Virus record (IMG/VR): IMGVR_UViG_3300020375_000072
DNA length: 64,000 nt
Source: an uncultured virus (IMG/VR IMGVR_UViG_3300020375_000072)
Taxonomy: Duplodnaviria > Heunggongvirae > Uroviricota > Caudoviricetes
Strand: one strand, 5' to 3'
Below are positions 50,558-60,364 of the stretch, in pieces (within the stretch, counting starts at the first letter, position 1; each line of letters begins with the position of its first letter). A model generated the notes under the pieces. It ran no database searches. It worked only from the letters and a program-made list of their open reading frames with translations, and was not told the DNA's origin. The translations under genes were made by a program, and so were the position numbers.

Positions 50558-51207
50558 TTACTTCACCAAATGATATAAATGTAACAGACAACATTTTAGA
50601 GGAACATGGTTATCAGGAAATGTCTGATGCTAGAAAACCATACTTCTTTAAAAGAAATGTTTTTACAGACGAGGAGTGTGACAAACTTTGGACTTATTGG
50701 AATGAAGACGAATGTTTTGTTGAAGATGATGTTACTCCTGATAGTCCTTGGTATAAGTATTTTAGAGAGTTGAGAAGTAGAAAACATATGTTTTTAGAGG
50801 GGAAGGATCCGGAAGAATTGTCGTGGTTTGAAAATAAAATTGATGGTTATGTACAACAGGCAAATAAAGAATGCTTTTTCCTTGATGTTAGTTTTGGATT
50901 GATGTCTAAACAATTAATGTGGTATGGAAAAGGTGATTGGTTTCAACCGCATGATGATACAAATCATTGGGATAACAATCATTATGATAGAAAAATAACA
51001 ATAATAATACAATTATGTGATAGCAATGAATATGATGGAGGAGAAACTTTAATATGTTGTGATGATGAAATTGCTCAACCAAAATATCAAAGAGAAAGAG
51101 GAAGTATTTTCATTTTTCCCACTTTTGCGACCCACTCTGTTAATAAAATTACAAAAGGTGAAAGAAAGGCATTTATATGTTGGTACATTGGCCCAAAATT
51201 GAGGTAA
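50554..51207 (+). CDS. 2OG-Fe(II) oxygenase (prolyl-hydroxylase-like), intact
   Basis: PHDD, RKIT, YDGGE and FPTFATHSVNKITKGERK motifs. Confidence 0.92.
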   Translation: MITSPNDINVTDNILEEHGYQEMSDARKPYFFKRNVFTDEECDKLWTYWNEDECFVEDDVTPDSPWYKYFRELRSRKHMFLEGKDPEELSWFENKIDGYVQQANKECFFLDVSFGLMSKQLMWYGKGDWFQPHDDTNHWDNNHYDRKITIIIQLCDSNEYDGGETLICCDDEIAQPKYQRERGSIFIFPTFATHSVNKITKGERKAFICWYIGPKLR

Positions 51208-52160
51208 AATCAGATTTACATATTATCCAAAATGGTATTGGTAAAGTCGCCCTTTGGTCAAATATGATACAAGATCTAAAAACAAAAGAACCAAACACAT
51301 TAATTTCCGTATCATCTCCCTGGCCTGATTTATATGAAGGAAATCCAAATATTCATTCTTCTATAAAAATAGGAGATATGCATGTAGATTATGAGAAATA
51401 TTTTAATAATATCATTTGTCATGAACCCTATATGTCAACATATCTTAAAAAAAATATACATATTGTGGATGCGTGGAGACAACAATATGGTTTAGAAAAT
51501 GGATCAGACGGAAGTGGTTACGGAGATACGTGCATTGATTTAGCAATTCAAGAACCAGATAAGGTTTATGTAGTTGAAATATTTCAACATATGAGAGGCA
51601 ATCCATTTATTATAATCCAATTAAAGGGTGGTACAAACCCAATGGGTCCTACAAATCCACAACACCATGATCATATGATTATGGAGAGAAATTATGAACA
51701 TGATTATAACTTAATTTCTGCACTACATGAAGAATTTAAAAATATTTGGCTTTTAATAGTCAGAACTAAAAATGATAGATATAGTGCAAATGTGGATATG
51801 CTGCCGAGAGTTGCTCGTCTTGAGGATGAAAAATTATCCGCATTATTTGCAATGACACAAGAATGTTTAAGTTTTGTTACTATAGATAGTTGTATTCATC
51901 ATTTTGCTGCTCAGCGAGGAAATATAAAACGTGGAGTGGTAATGTGGGGAAGAGCGACACAGCCTGATATGATTGGTCATGATTGGAATGCAAATCTTTT
52001 GTCAGATCATCCATCTAAGGTTGAAATAAGACCAGAAAGAGTTGTGGAAGAATTAAAGGAAATTTTAAAAAAAGAAAAGCCAGTGCTTAATGAAGACAAT
52101 AAAGGACAAGCGGACAACATCCGGCGAAATACAGGGGTAAAGAGGCGACTAATCCAATAG
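51177..52160 (+). CDS. GT9-like glycosyltransferase
   Basis: NGIGK, HEPY, FVTIDSCIHH and GVVMWG motifs. Confidence 0.7.
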   Translation: MLVHWPKIEVKSDLHIIQNGIGKVALWSNMIQDLKTKEPNTLISVSSPWPDLYEGNPNIHSSIKIGDMHVDYEKYFNNIICHEPYMSTYLKKNIHIVDAWRQQYGLENGSDGSGYGDTCIDLAIQEPDKVYVVEIFQHMRGNPFIIIQLKGGTNPMGPTNPQHHDHMIMERNYEHDYNLISALHEEFKNIWLLIVRTKNDRYSANVDMLPRVARLEDEKLSALFAMTQECLSFVTIDSCIHHFAAQRGNIKRGVVMWGRATQPDMIGHDWNANLLSDHPSKVEIRPERVVEELKEILKKEKPVLNEDNKGQADNIRRNTGVKRRLIQ

Positions 52161-52167
52161 CATAAAA

Positions 52168-52989
52168 ATGGAAACATCTGCAAAATTAAGAAATACTAAA
52201 GAATTAAAAACTTTTTCAAGAAATCATTTAAAAATAAGTGAAACGAAGAGTCGTAAACATTTATTCGAATATAGTGATAAAAATTATCATTTTGAGAATT
52301 TTCTCTCAGAGGAAGAAAGATATGATATTTTTAATCTACAAAAACTTCCACAAGGTGATACTCAAGGAAGATATCCGAGCATTTTTAAGGTACAAAGTGC
52401 TAAGTATGAAGAACTTTTGGAAAGAAGGATGGTATCATTAATGTTTCCGGATGAAGATCCTTCAATATTTACTATTAAAAATTCACTATCATTATTAAAT
52501 TTAGAACAACCAACCAAACCACATGTGGATGGGAATTATCCTCATGAAAATAAGTTTTATATAATCAAATCTTGTGTTGCTCTATTAGCTTTTGATACAG
52601 AGGAAGATGATGTTGATGATTTAACTACATCATTAATTACATTTAAACAGCATACAAATGAATATAAACGTGGTGGAATGGAATTAGATTATTGTTTTGA
52701 ACATAATACAGTACCTAAAGTCTGGGAGGATTTTAAAGGAAACAGATTAGAGAATCATAAAAATTCCTTTATACCAAAGGGGGAAGAGAAAGATTATCAG
52801 CACGTCACATTCACTCATGAAGGTCAAATGCAATATGGATTAGATATAGACAAAGAAATAGTAATGCACTTGGGAGATCTTGCCACATTTAATCCATATC
52901 AAATGCATATGACTAAGGGCTATGATGAACTCATTCCTGGTGGTAAATGGGCATTAAGAATAATTTTATATAAAAGAATTCATGAATAA
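52168..52989 (+). CDS. putative 2OG-Fe(II)/cupin-fold oxygenase
   Basis: PHVD...GLDID...GDLATFNPYQMH; paralogous to 54201 and 57672. Confidence 0.6.
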   Translation: METSAKLRNTKELKTFSRNHLKISETKSRKHLFEYSDKNYHFENFLSEEERYDIFNLQKLPQGDTQGRYPSIFKVQSAKYEELLERRMVSLMFPDEDPSIFTIKNSLSLLNLEQPTKPHVDGNYPHENKFYIIKSCVALLAFDTEEDDVDDLTTSLITFKQHTNEYKRGGMELDYCFEHNTVPKVWEDFKGNRLENHKNSFIPKGEEKDYQHVTFTHEGQMQYGLDIDKEIVMHLGDLATFNPYQMHMTKGYDELIPGGKWALRIILYKRIHE

Positions 52990-54211
52990 ATTTAAGCGTT
53001 ATTGTCCTATTCCATTTTTTAGTGTAGAGTTAAATAGTAATGAACATGCAAAATTGTGTTGTAATAGTGGTCATCGTTATACTATGGATGGTGATTTAAA
53101 ACATTTTTGGCATTCTGATAAAATGAAAGATATCAGAAAAAACATGTTAGATGATAAGTACTATGATGATTGTCAATTATGTTATCAAAGGGAAGAATTA
53201 TTTAATGATTCAAAACGCTTAGATGAACTTGTACGACAAGGAAAATATTACAAAACACCTTTAGCTTTTCCAACTTTTCTACAGCTTAATTTATCAAATA
53301 TTTGTAATTTAAAATGTATAATGTGTAGTCCAAAATATTCCACAAAATGGAATGAGGATGTTGATAAATTAAAGGGTATGAGAAAAAATCTTGTGAAAGA
53401 ATCCGCATCTAAATTATCAACTGAGGTGCTGAAAAGAACTATTAAAGATTTTATAGAGACAAGATCATTCGCGGAAAAGACTGTTGAGATTTATGGTGGT
53501 GAACCTTTCTTGTCTAAAGAATTTTGGAAAATTATTTCAGAAATACCATATAAAAAATTAAGAAATGTTATATTTAGATGTAATACTAATGGCACTATTC
53601 TTAATAAACCAATAATGGATGGCCTTAAAAAATTTAAGAAGGCTATGATTAATTTTAGTATTGATGGTATTGGAGATGTATTCGAATTTCAAAGGTTCCC
53701 CGCTAATTGGGAGAAAGTAAAGAAGAACATTCTCTATATGAAAGAGTTTGATAAAAGATTTAGATTTAAATTTAAATGCGATTTATATTTTACTTTAACT
53801 TCTTTTAGTGGTATAGGTTTGAAGGAATTTTTAGATTTTTGTAAAAAACATGATTTTGAATATTATATTAATATAGCAGATAATGAGCCACTAATAGATG
53901 TGAAAGATAGAAAAATAGTCAGAGATTCAAGAGAAGATCTTAATGAATGGGAAGAGCCGGAGTATTTTGGAGCAAAAGGATTTACTCATCCATGTATGTT
54001 ACCTGAAGTAGTAAAAGAACAAATATTGAGTGAAGTGGAATCTATGTTATCTCACAAAGATTATATTAAAATAAAGAATTCATTTAGTGATACAAAGGTA
54101 TTTAACGTAAAAATGTTAAATCAATTTCCAAATTATTGTGAACTATTGAAACAAGTTAGGGGGTTAGATTTTTTAAAAATGTTAGAAGAGAGATATAATT
54201 ATGCCTATTAA
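52982..54211 (+). CDS. radical SAM protein with N-terminal twitch/SPASM-like Cys domain
   Basis: YCPIPF...LCC...CQLC, then NICNLKCIMCSPKYST, GGEPF, NTNGT and FSIDG. Confidence 0.9.
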   Translation: MNKFKRYCPIPFFSVELNSNEHAKLCCNSGHRYTMDGDLKHFWHSDKMKDIRKNMLDDKYYDDCQLCYQREELFNDSKRLDELVRQGKYYKTPLAFPTFLQLNLSNICNLKCIMCSPKYSTKWNEDVDKLKGMRKNLVKESASKLSTEVLKRTIKDFIETRSFAEKTVEIYGGEPFLSKEFWKIISEIPYKKLRNVIFRCNTNGTILNKPIMDGLKKFKKAMINFSIDGIGDVFEFQRFPANWEKVKKNILYMKEFDKRFRFKFKCDLYFTLTSFSGIGLKEFLDFCKKHDFEYYINIADNEPLIDVKDRKIVRDSREDLNEWEEPEYFGAKGFTHPCMLPEVVKEQILSEVESMLSHKDYIKIKNSFSDTKVFNVKMLNQFPNYCELLKQVRGLDFLKMLEERYNYAY

Positions 54212-55055
54212 TGATATTATAATAATGGAAACGCCGACCACATTAAAACTATCAGATATGTTCGATAGATATATAGTAACTGATTCTAAGGATATAACTA
54301 CACATCCAGCAATTAAAGTTGATGGTGTGATGCAGGGAAAATATCGACATATTGATGAACTGAAAGCAGAAAATACTGGTGGGAAAACATTTAAATGGCA
54401 ATTAAATCTTCCAAAATTTAATAATGATTTAAGGTATTGGTTTAAAAAATTGTATAAAGAAGTTGATATTCCACTTGATTCACAAGTACATTGTTCAATG
54501 AAAAAATTACAACCATTGAGTCATCAAGTGCATACTGATAGTGATAATAATTATGGAGAACATCATGAAGTATATACTCGATTTTCAATACCGTTGACAC
54601 CTGGATCACCAACCACTTATTATGATAAATGCATGGATGATGATGATTTTAATGTTAGAGTAGATAAAACTAGTTTTAGGAAAGTTGGAAAAGATAATAA
54701 GTGGCAGGGCTTTGAACAAAAACATTTAAAGGATATGAAAACAGGAAAAGAAGTGCGGCTTGACTTACCAACTACGGAAGTTTTTAGAGAAGAATATATG
54801 AAGAAAATGAATCTAATGAATATTCCTGTACAACAAATGTATGGATTAAATATTCATACAATAGCAGAATGGAATCCTGGGGAAATTCAATTTTTCCCTT
54901 GTAGTAATTTACATAGTAGTACGGATTGTCGTGGTACAAAATTTGAAAAAAATGATGATGGAACATGGTATGAAAAGTATTTCTTGACAGGAATTATATT
55001 TAAACCAAAATCCGGAAGACACCAATTTGCATATGGAAATACCGAAAGCTATTGA
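54201..55055 (+). CDS. putative 2OG-Fe(II)/cupin-fold oxygenase
   Basis: VHTD...SIPL...GLNIH...WNPGEIQFFPCSNLHSS. Confidence 0.6.
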   Translation: MPINDIIIMETPTTLKLSDMFDRYIVTDSKDITTHPAIKVDGVMQGKYRHIDELKAENTGGKTFKWQLNLPKFNNDLRYWFKKLYKEVDIPLDSQVHCSMKKLQPLSHQVHTDSDNNYGEHHEVYTRFSIPLTPGSPTTYYDKCMDDDDFNVRVDKTSFRKVGKDNKWQGFEQKHLKDMKTGKEVRLDLPTTEVFREEYMKKMNLMNIPVQQMYGLNIHTIAEWNPGEIQFFPCSNLHSSTDCRGTKFEKNDDGTWYEKYFLTGIIFKPKSGRHQFAYGNTESY

Positions 55056-56220
55056 TAAATTAAGAATTGTTGGTTCTGGAACTGCCGGTTTGATATTTGC
55101 TACTTATTTTAAAAAAATGGTTCCAGACATGGAGATTGAGATTTATTATGACTCCAAGATAAAACCTCTGGTTGTTGGTGAAAGCATGCAACCATATATG
55201 AGATTCTTTTTTGAAAAAGTTTTTGAAGACGAATCTTGGATGGACAAAACAAACGCAACTTATAAATTTTATATTAAACATGATGGTTGGGCTTCCAAAG
55301 ATAGTTCAATGACATTTCCACTGTGTGATGATAGATTTGATAATATAGAAGAATGTGAAAGAGAAGTATTTTCAGCAACATCTACTAAATTACCATCATG
55401 TTCTTCAAGACATGCCTGGCAAATGCAATCAGTTCTATTGCAACCCATATTAATCGAAAAATGTGAAGAAATGGGAATCAAATTGATTGATAAGCATTTT
55501 GATTTTGATGATACTTCTGAATTTGTTATAGATTGTAGAGGATTTAAAGGATTAGAGGGAGGAAACATTTCTCCATTAATTATTAATGATACAGCAATTG
55601 CTGGACATGTTGATCATTTTGGTGATACTAAAGAAAGATATTATACAAGAACTATCGCAAAAGATAATGGATGGGCTTGGGAAATTCCATTACAAAATAA
55701 AGTAGGAGTTGGTAGAGTTTTTTGTTCTAGATATAATACTGAAGAAGAGATTAAAGAACAGTTATTAAAAACTTATGGATTAAAGAAGACTTTGACAGTT
55801 CCTTTTGTCACGAGATATAATACTGATGCATGTACCTCACAAAGCTTAAAAATTGGAACATCATCAGTATTCATAGAACCATTAGAAGCTACAACATTAT
55901 TATTAGTTGTATATTCTTGTTGGTTATTTAAAGAGATGTTAAAATCATTTCAATTTACAATTGATAAGTATTTTGTTGAACATTATAATAAAAATTATAG
56001 ACGGATGGTTGACCAACATGTTCTTTTTATTGAAAGTTTTTATGGATTATCAAATAGAGTAGATTCTCCTTACTGGCAAGAAATTGATAAACATCGAAAA
56101 GCTTTTAGAAAAAAGATTAATAAAAACTGGCCAGAATATTATGGAAATTATATAAAAAAGAAGGTATATGAAGGATTTGAATTCAAGCCATCTGGTATTG
56201 GAAGATACTTTAATATGTAA
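55027..56220 (+). CDS. flavin-dependent halogenase-family protein (short)
   Basis: IVGSGTAG, VGES, ATYK, IDCRG, GWAWEIPL and FIEPLEAT; start may be 55033. Confidence 0.88.
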   Translation: MHMEIPKAIDKLRIVGSGTAGLIFATYFKKMVPDMEIEIYYDSKIKPLVVGESMQPYMRFFFEKVFEDESWMDKTNATYKFYIKHDGWASKDSSMTFPLCDDRFDNIEECEREVFSATSTKLPSCSSRHAWQMQSVLLQPILIEKCEEMGIKLIDKHFDFDDTSEFVIDCRGFKGLEGGNISPLIINDTAIAGHVDHFGDTKERYYTRTIAKDNGWAWEIPLQNKVGVGRVFCSRYNTEEEIKEQLLKTYGLKKTLTVPFVTRYNTDACTSQSLKIGTSSVFIEPLEATTLLLVVYSCWLFKEMLKSFQFTIDKYFVEHYNKNYRRMVDQHVLFIESFYGLSNRVDSPYWQEIDKHRKAFRKKINKNWPEYYGNYIKKKVYEGFEFKPSGIGRYFNM

Positions 56221-56782
56221 TGGAGTTATAACATGGGAGGGTGGAAGATTTGTGATGCCCTCTGGAAAACATTTGGATATGGGGTGTGGCGACATGCCTT
56301 ATAAAAAAGATTTAATGACTGAAAATATAGTGGGAATTGATAATCAAAAATTCCCAAATGTAGATATTATTGGAAATTTAGAAGATATTAAATTATGGAA
56401 AACATTATCAAATGATGAATTTGACTGTATTACCTCATTTGGAGTATTACATTGGTTGGGGAAAAGGTCAGAAGTTTGGCTGAAAGAAACTTATAGAGTG
56501 TTAAAGCCGGGTGGGAAATTTTATCATTATTTTTGGGATATGAGAAATTTGTATGAACCAGAAATATGTAAACTTTTATCTGGAATGCATCCTGGGAATT
56601 ACCCCTATTGGTGGAAACAATATGCTTCGTCAGCAAAAGAGAAATTTGAAAGAACTGGATTTAAAATAATTCTTTCAGAATCTTGCAGACCTAAAATAAT
56701 TAGACGCGGATTGATAAATAAAATTAAGGGAACACTTAAAGATCCAAGACCATATTTTATTAGAATTGTTGGAGAGAAATGA
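56168..56782 (+). CDS. class I SAM-dependent methyltransferase
   Basis: HLDMGCG, GID and YRVLKPGG motifs; true start uncertain (possibly 56255). Confidence 0.85.
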   Translation: MKDLNSSHLVLEDTLICNGVITWEGGRFVMPSGKHLDMGCGDMPYKKDLMTENIVGIDNQKFPNVDIIGNLEDIKLWKTLSNDEFDCITSFGVLHWLGKRSEVWLKETYRVLKPGGKFYHYFWDMRNLYEPEICKLLSGMHPGNYPYWWKQYASSAKEKFERTGFKIILSESCRPKIIRRGLINKIKGTLKDPRPYFIRIVGEK

Positions 56783-57675
56783 ATTTTAAATATTTTAAAT
56801 TTACAGAAGACCAAAAAGCACATTTAAAAGCATTAACAGAATATTCAAAAATTATTCTCAGAGATGATTCTTTTTTTAAAGAACCATATAAGTCATTTGA
56901 ACATTCAGCACAAAAATTCCAAATTCATCATGAACTTGGTATTATTCCGGATAGTTCTTCTACACTTGTTAGATGTATTCAGATGGATTCTTCAAGAATT
57001 GTGTCTTTCTTTGAACAAATAGTAAGAGGCGGTGAGAATGTGACATTTTTTTATTCATTGGGACCATTAGAAAATGACGTTGAAGAAGATTCTATTGATT
57101 TGGCCCCATTTTATGATTATGTAAATTCTATTCAAGATGTATTAAAAACTTATGGAAGGGAAAATAATATAAATGAGGATGAGGTTACAATCTGTTTTGA
57201 AATTTATTATTTTCCTAAAAATAGATATAAATTTTTACTTGGAAATGAGAGGCAGGGTTCAATATTTAATTTAATGGCTTCAACTAATTCAATAATATAT
57301 TATGAACCACATGAAGAATTTAAATTATTTAATGCGGGAGTATTATCTTTTGGTGATGAAAGATTTTATACCTACAATGATATAATTAAAGATGGAATTG
57401 TTGTTGTTGGGATTTTTGTTGAACAATTAATTTCTGAGGATGAACTGGAAGAGAAGAAGAAAGACAAATCCAAAGCAAGAGACAATAATGTTACATATAG
57501 ACCGCCTTGGGGTAGACCAAAGTATAATGAGGAGATGACAGATGATAAACAAAAGACTCGTGAAACAAAAAAGACTCAATCTAAAAGACCCAACATTGAA
57601 ATAGTGGATAGGGGAAGAGATACACAATGGGGTGTTGATAAATTCTCTATCAGACCAACAAAAAATAAAAAATGA
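56779..57675 (+). CDS. hypothetical protein
   Basis: 298-aa ORF with ATGA overlaps at both ends. Confidence 0.65.
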   Translation: MNFKYFKFTEDQKAHLKALTEYSKIILRDDSFFKEPYKSFEHSAQKFQIHHELGIIPDSSSTLVRCIQMDSSRIVSFFEQIVRGGENVTFFYSLGPLENDVEEDSIDLAPFYDYVNSIQDVLKTYGRENNINEDEVTICFEIYYFPKNRYKFLLGNERQGSIFNLMASTNSIIYYEPHEEFKLFNAGVLSFGDERFYTYNDIIKDGIVVVGIFVEQLISEDELEEKKKDKSKARDNNVTYRPPWGRPKYNEEMTDDKQKTRETKKTQSKRPNIEIVDRGRDTQWGVDKFSIRPTKNKK

Positions 57676-58496
57676 CACCAAGCGCAGAAGAACTTGTATA
57701 TCATAAAACGGATGATTTTTTCTCACATTGGAAACCGCCAGAACTCTATGAATCTTTTTTTGATAAGTATGAAATTTCAAAGATTTGGAATGATTATACT
57801 GATAATGGATTTCGCTCTCAAGGAAAGGATTATGCTGGAAGAACTCTAAATTGGAATAGTTCTTTTTATAAAAAGTATAAGCCTTTTTTGTGGAAAGGAT
57901 TAAAGAAATTGTATCCCAAATTAAAGTATGAACAATTGTGGGGAGAACTCTTATATAATGATGCACCAACAGCACCACATATCGATGGGCAAATGCGTCA
58001 TGATAATTATCCTGTTAGACAATTTCTTGTACCTATAAATGTTAACTGTGAGAATACTTTTTATAAATGGGCAGGAACTGTAATATTTAAACAGCATGTG
58101 GTTACAGATTGGGAGAATGGGGCTGAATGGCATATAATTGGAAGTAGAGAAAAGTTTAGTCTTTTACCAAAATTCGTGGATAAATGGAAGTTTAAAAAAT
58201 TTTTTGGGAAGGGTTATTCAAACATGGAATGGAGAGATTGTTATGGAGTACCATTAAAACACCATAATGATCTCACATGTTCTCCAAAAGATTTTGGTGA
58301 TGATTTCTGTCATATTGTTATCAGAGATAAAAATTGGTTGAAAGGATTGGATATTGATCAATATTTCAATTACCATCCAGGTGACCTACTTTCATTTAGT
58401 CCCTATTGTGTACATAGTGGTGCAAATTACTGGAAAGATGGTGTAAAGGGGAAAACGTTTTTTAGAATGAGAATATATGAAAATTATAGAATTTAA
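57672..58496 (+). CDS. putative 2OG-Fe(II)/cupin-fold oxygenase
   Basis: PHID...LVPI...FKQH...GLDID...PGDLLSFSPYCVHS. Confidence 0.6.
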   Translation: MTPSAEELVYHKTDDFFSHWKPPELYESFFDKYEISKIWNDYTDNGFRSQGKDYAGRTLNWNSSFYKKYKPFLWKGLKKLYPKLKYEQLWGELLYNDAPTAPHIDGQMRHDNYPVRQFLVPINVNCENTFYKWAGTVIFKQHVVTDWENGAEWHIIGSREKFSLLPKFVDKWKFKKFFGKGYSNMEWRDCYGVPLKHHNDLTCSPKDFGDDFCHIVIRDKNWLKGLDIDQYFNYHPGDLLSFSPYCVHSGANYWKDGVKGKTFFRMRIYENYRI

Positions 58497-59064
58497 TAAA
58501 ACTGATGAAATAAGAAAAACATTTGATGATGTCTTTGATCATATCAAATTTGAAGAAAAGGATTTAATAAGAGAACATTATAATCAATTCTCAAATAAAT
58601 TTCATTATTTAAAAATATATTCTAATATTCATAAAATGCGAGTAGAGAATGTGATATCTGATAATAAATTAATAGAATTATTACATAAACACCATCTTTC
58701 ATTAAATGTTATCATCAAAGAACTATTGAGATGGGAATATAAATATAGATTTGGAAGTAAACTGTTTCATATATTTAAAAAATATGAACTGGATTCCCAT
58801 ATAATCAATTATACTCCACCAAAGAAGAAAACAAGTCGAGGGGGGATGAATGAACATACTGACAATACAGTATTTACTATTAATTGTTGTGATGGGGGAG
58901 GGTTGATATTAAATGGAAGACCTTTTGAAAATTATAAAGATAGAGTTGTTCTATTCTCTGGTGATGTTGTCCACCGCGTAGAAGGGCCCACCAAACAAAG
59001 AAGATCTATTACGACTTTTGTGAACAAACGCAGTTTAAAAAAACTATTCAAATATGTCTTATAA
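58477..59064 (+). CDS. 2OG-Fe(II) oxygenase
   Basis: EHTD...FSGD.VHRV...RRSITTF. Confidence 0.75.
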   Translation: MKIIEFNKTDEIRKTFDDVFDHIKFEEKDLIREHYNQFSNKFHYLKIYSNIHKMRVENVISDNKLIELLHKHHLSLNVIIKELLRWEYKYRFGSKLFHIFKKYELDSHIINYTPPKKKTSRGGMNEHTDNTVFTINCCDGGGLILNGRPFENYKDRVVLFSGDVVHRVEGPTKQRRSITTFVNKRSLKKLFKYVL

Positions 59065-59332
59065 CTTTAAAGAAACCTCAAAAACTCTCATGTTTGATGT
59101 ACCGGCAAAATGGAAGAATTTCTTTTATGAAGAGTGCGTCACCTATCTTAAAATCAATGATGGTGAAAGAACTGAAGAAGATCTAAAATATATAAAGGAA
59201 AGGTGGGGAATGTATGACCTTAAATTTGAAAAGGGAGATTTTGAAAATCCCATAGAATGGAAATTTGTGGGAGATCCTGAAAGAACGTTTACTATATCCA
59301 GAGACAAACATATACATTATCCAGCAGTATGA
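59054..59332 (+). CDS. hypothetical protein
   Basis: 92-aa ORF overlapping both neighbours. Confidence 0.6.
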   Translation: MSYNFKETSKTLMFDVPAKWKNFFYEECVTYLKINDGERTEEDLKYIKERWGMYDLKFEKGDFENPIEWKFVGDPERTFTISRDKHIHYPAV

Positions 59333-60288
59333 CTATACCAATAATTGACTTCTATGACCCAGACGTTGAAGAAAAAATGTATGACGCATTTACCACAACT
59401 GGTGTAGCTATTTTTACAGGAAACCTGGTGGGTTGGAAACCTGATTTTGATGCTTTGCATGAAAAGATACAAGAATTTTTTGCTCTTCCTATGAAAACTA
59501 AGAAGAAATATTCCCAAATATTAAACTTTAAAAATATTGGATATATTTGGCCAGAACAAGAAAAATTAGTTATAGATAATCCTGGGGATATGAAAGAAAC
59601 CTTTAATTTCGTTGATATAAGTAAGATGCCAGAACAGTATTGGCCGAAAGAGGTGGAAGGATTTAAAGAATATGCTGATAAAATTTATAGAATCAGTACA
59701 CTCATTGTCTATGAAATACTCTATAGATTTGAAAGTATTCTAAAAATTCCTAAAGGACACTTTGTTGAAAAGCATTTAAATGCAATAAATGGTATGAGGT
59801 TTATTCATTACCCTGGGTGGGACATTCCCATAAAGGAAAATCAATTAAGATGTGGAGAGCATTCTGATTTCGATACAATGACACTATTATATAATGATGA
59901 CTGTGCGGGATTACAAATTTATTATAAAGATGAATGGGTTGATGTTCCTGTAGTAGAAAATTCTATTACTGTTATGGTAGCAGATATGTTTCAAAGGTGG
60001 ACAAATGATTTATTAAAATCTATTCCACATAGAGTAGTCAATAAATCAATGAATAGATCAAGATATACAATAGCACATTTTATAGGCCCAGCAAGAAACA
60101 CAATGATTGAAAATTTGACAGATGAGCCAGCTAAATATGACCCCATAAGTTCAGCAGATTATTTAGAATGGAGATATAAAAAACAGTTTTTAGATCCAGA
60201 ACAGGGAGGACTCGATAAAGAGACGTCAAATCCTTATCATGATTGGGAAAGAGTACCAGAACACGATAGCCCTCATTATTGGAGATAA
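59329..60288 (+). CDS. isopenicillin-N-synthase-like 2OG-Fe(II) dioxygenase
   Basis: IPIIDF, FFALP, DMKETF, HYP, CGEHSDF, GLQI, RWTND, PHRV and RYTIAHF motifs. Confidence 0.92.
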   Translation: MTIPIIDFYDPDVEEKMYDAFTTTGVAIFTGNLVGWKPDFDALHEKIQEFFALPMKTKKKYSQILNFKNIGYIWPEQEKLVIDNPGDMKETFNFVDISKMPEQYWPKEVEGFKEYADKIYRISTLIVYEILYRFESILKIPKGHFVEKHLNAINGMRFIHYPGWDIPIKENQLRCGEHSDFDTMTLLYNDDCAGLQIYYKDEWVDVPVVENSITVMVADMFQRWTNDLLKSIPHRVVNKSMNRSRYTIAHFIGPARNTMIENLTDEPAKYDPISSADYLEWRYKKQFLDPEQGGLDKETSNPYHDWERVPEHDSPHYWR

Positions 60289-60364
60289 ATAAACATGTCA
60301 AACTTCAAAAATCCTAATCTTATACATATCATTGTAAACCCTCACCAAAGAAAGAACATATAAA

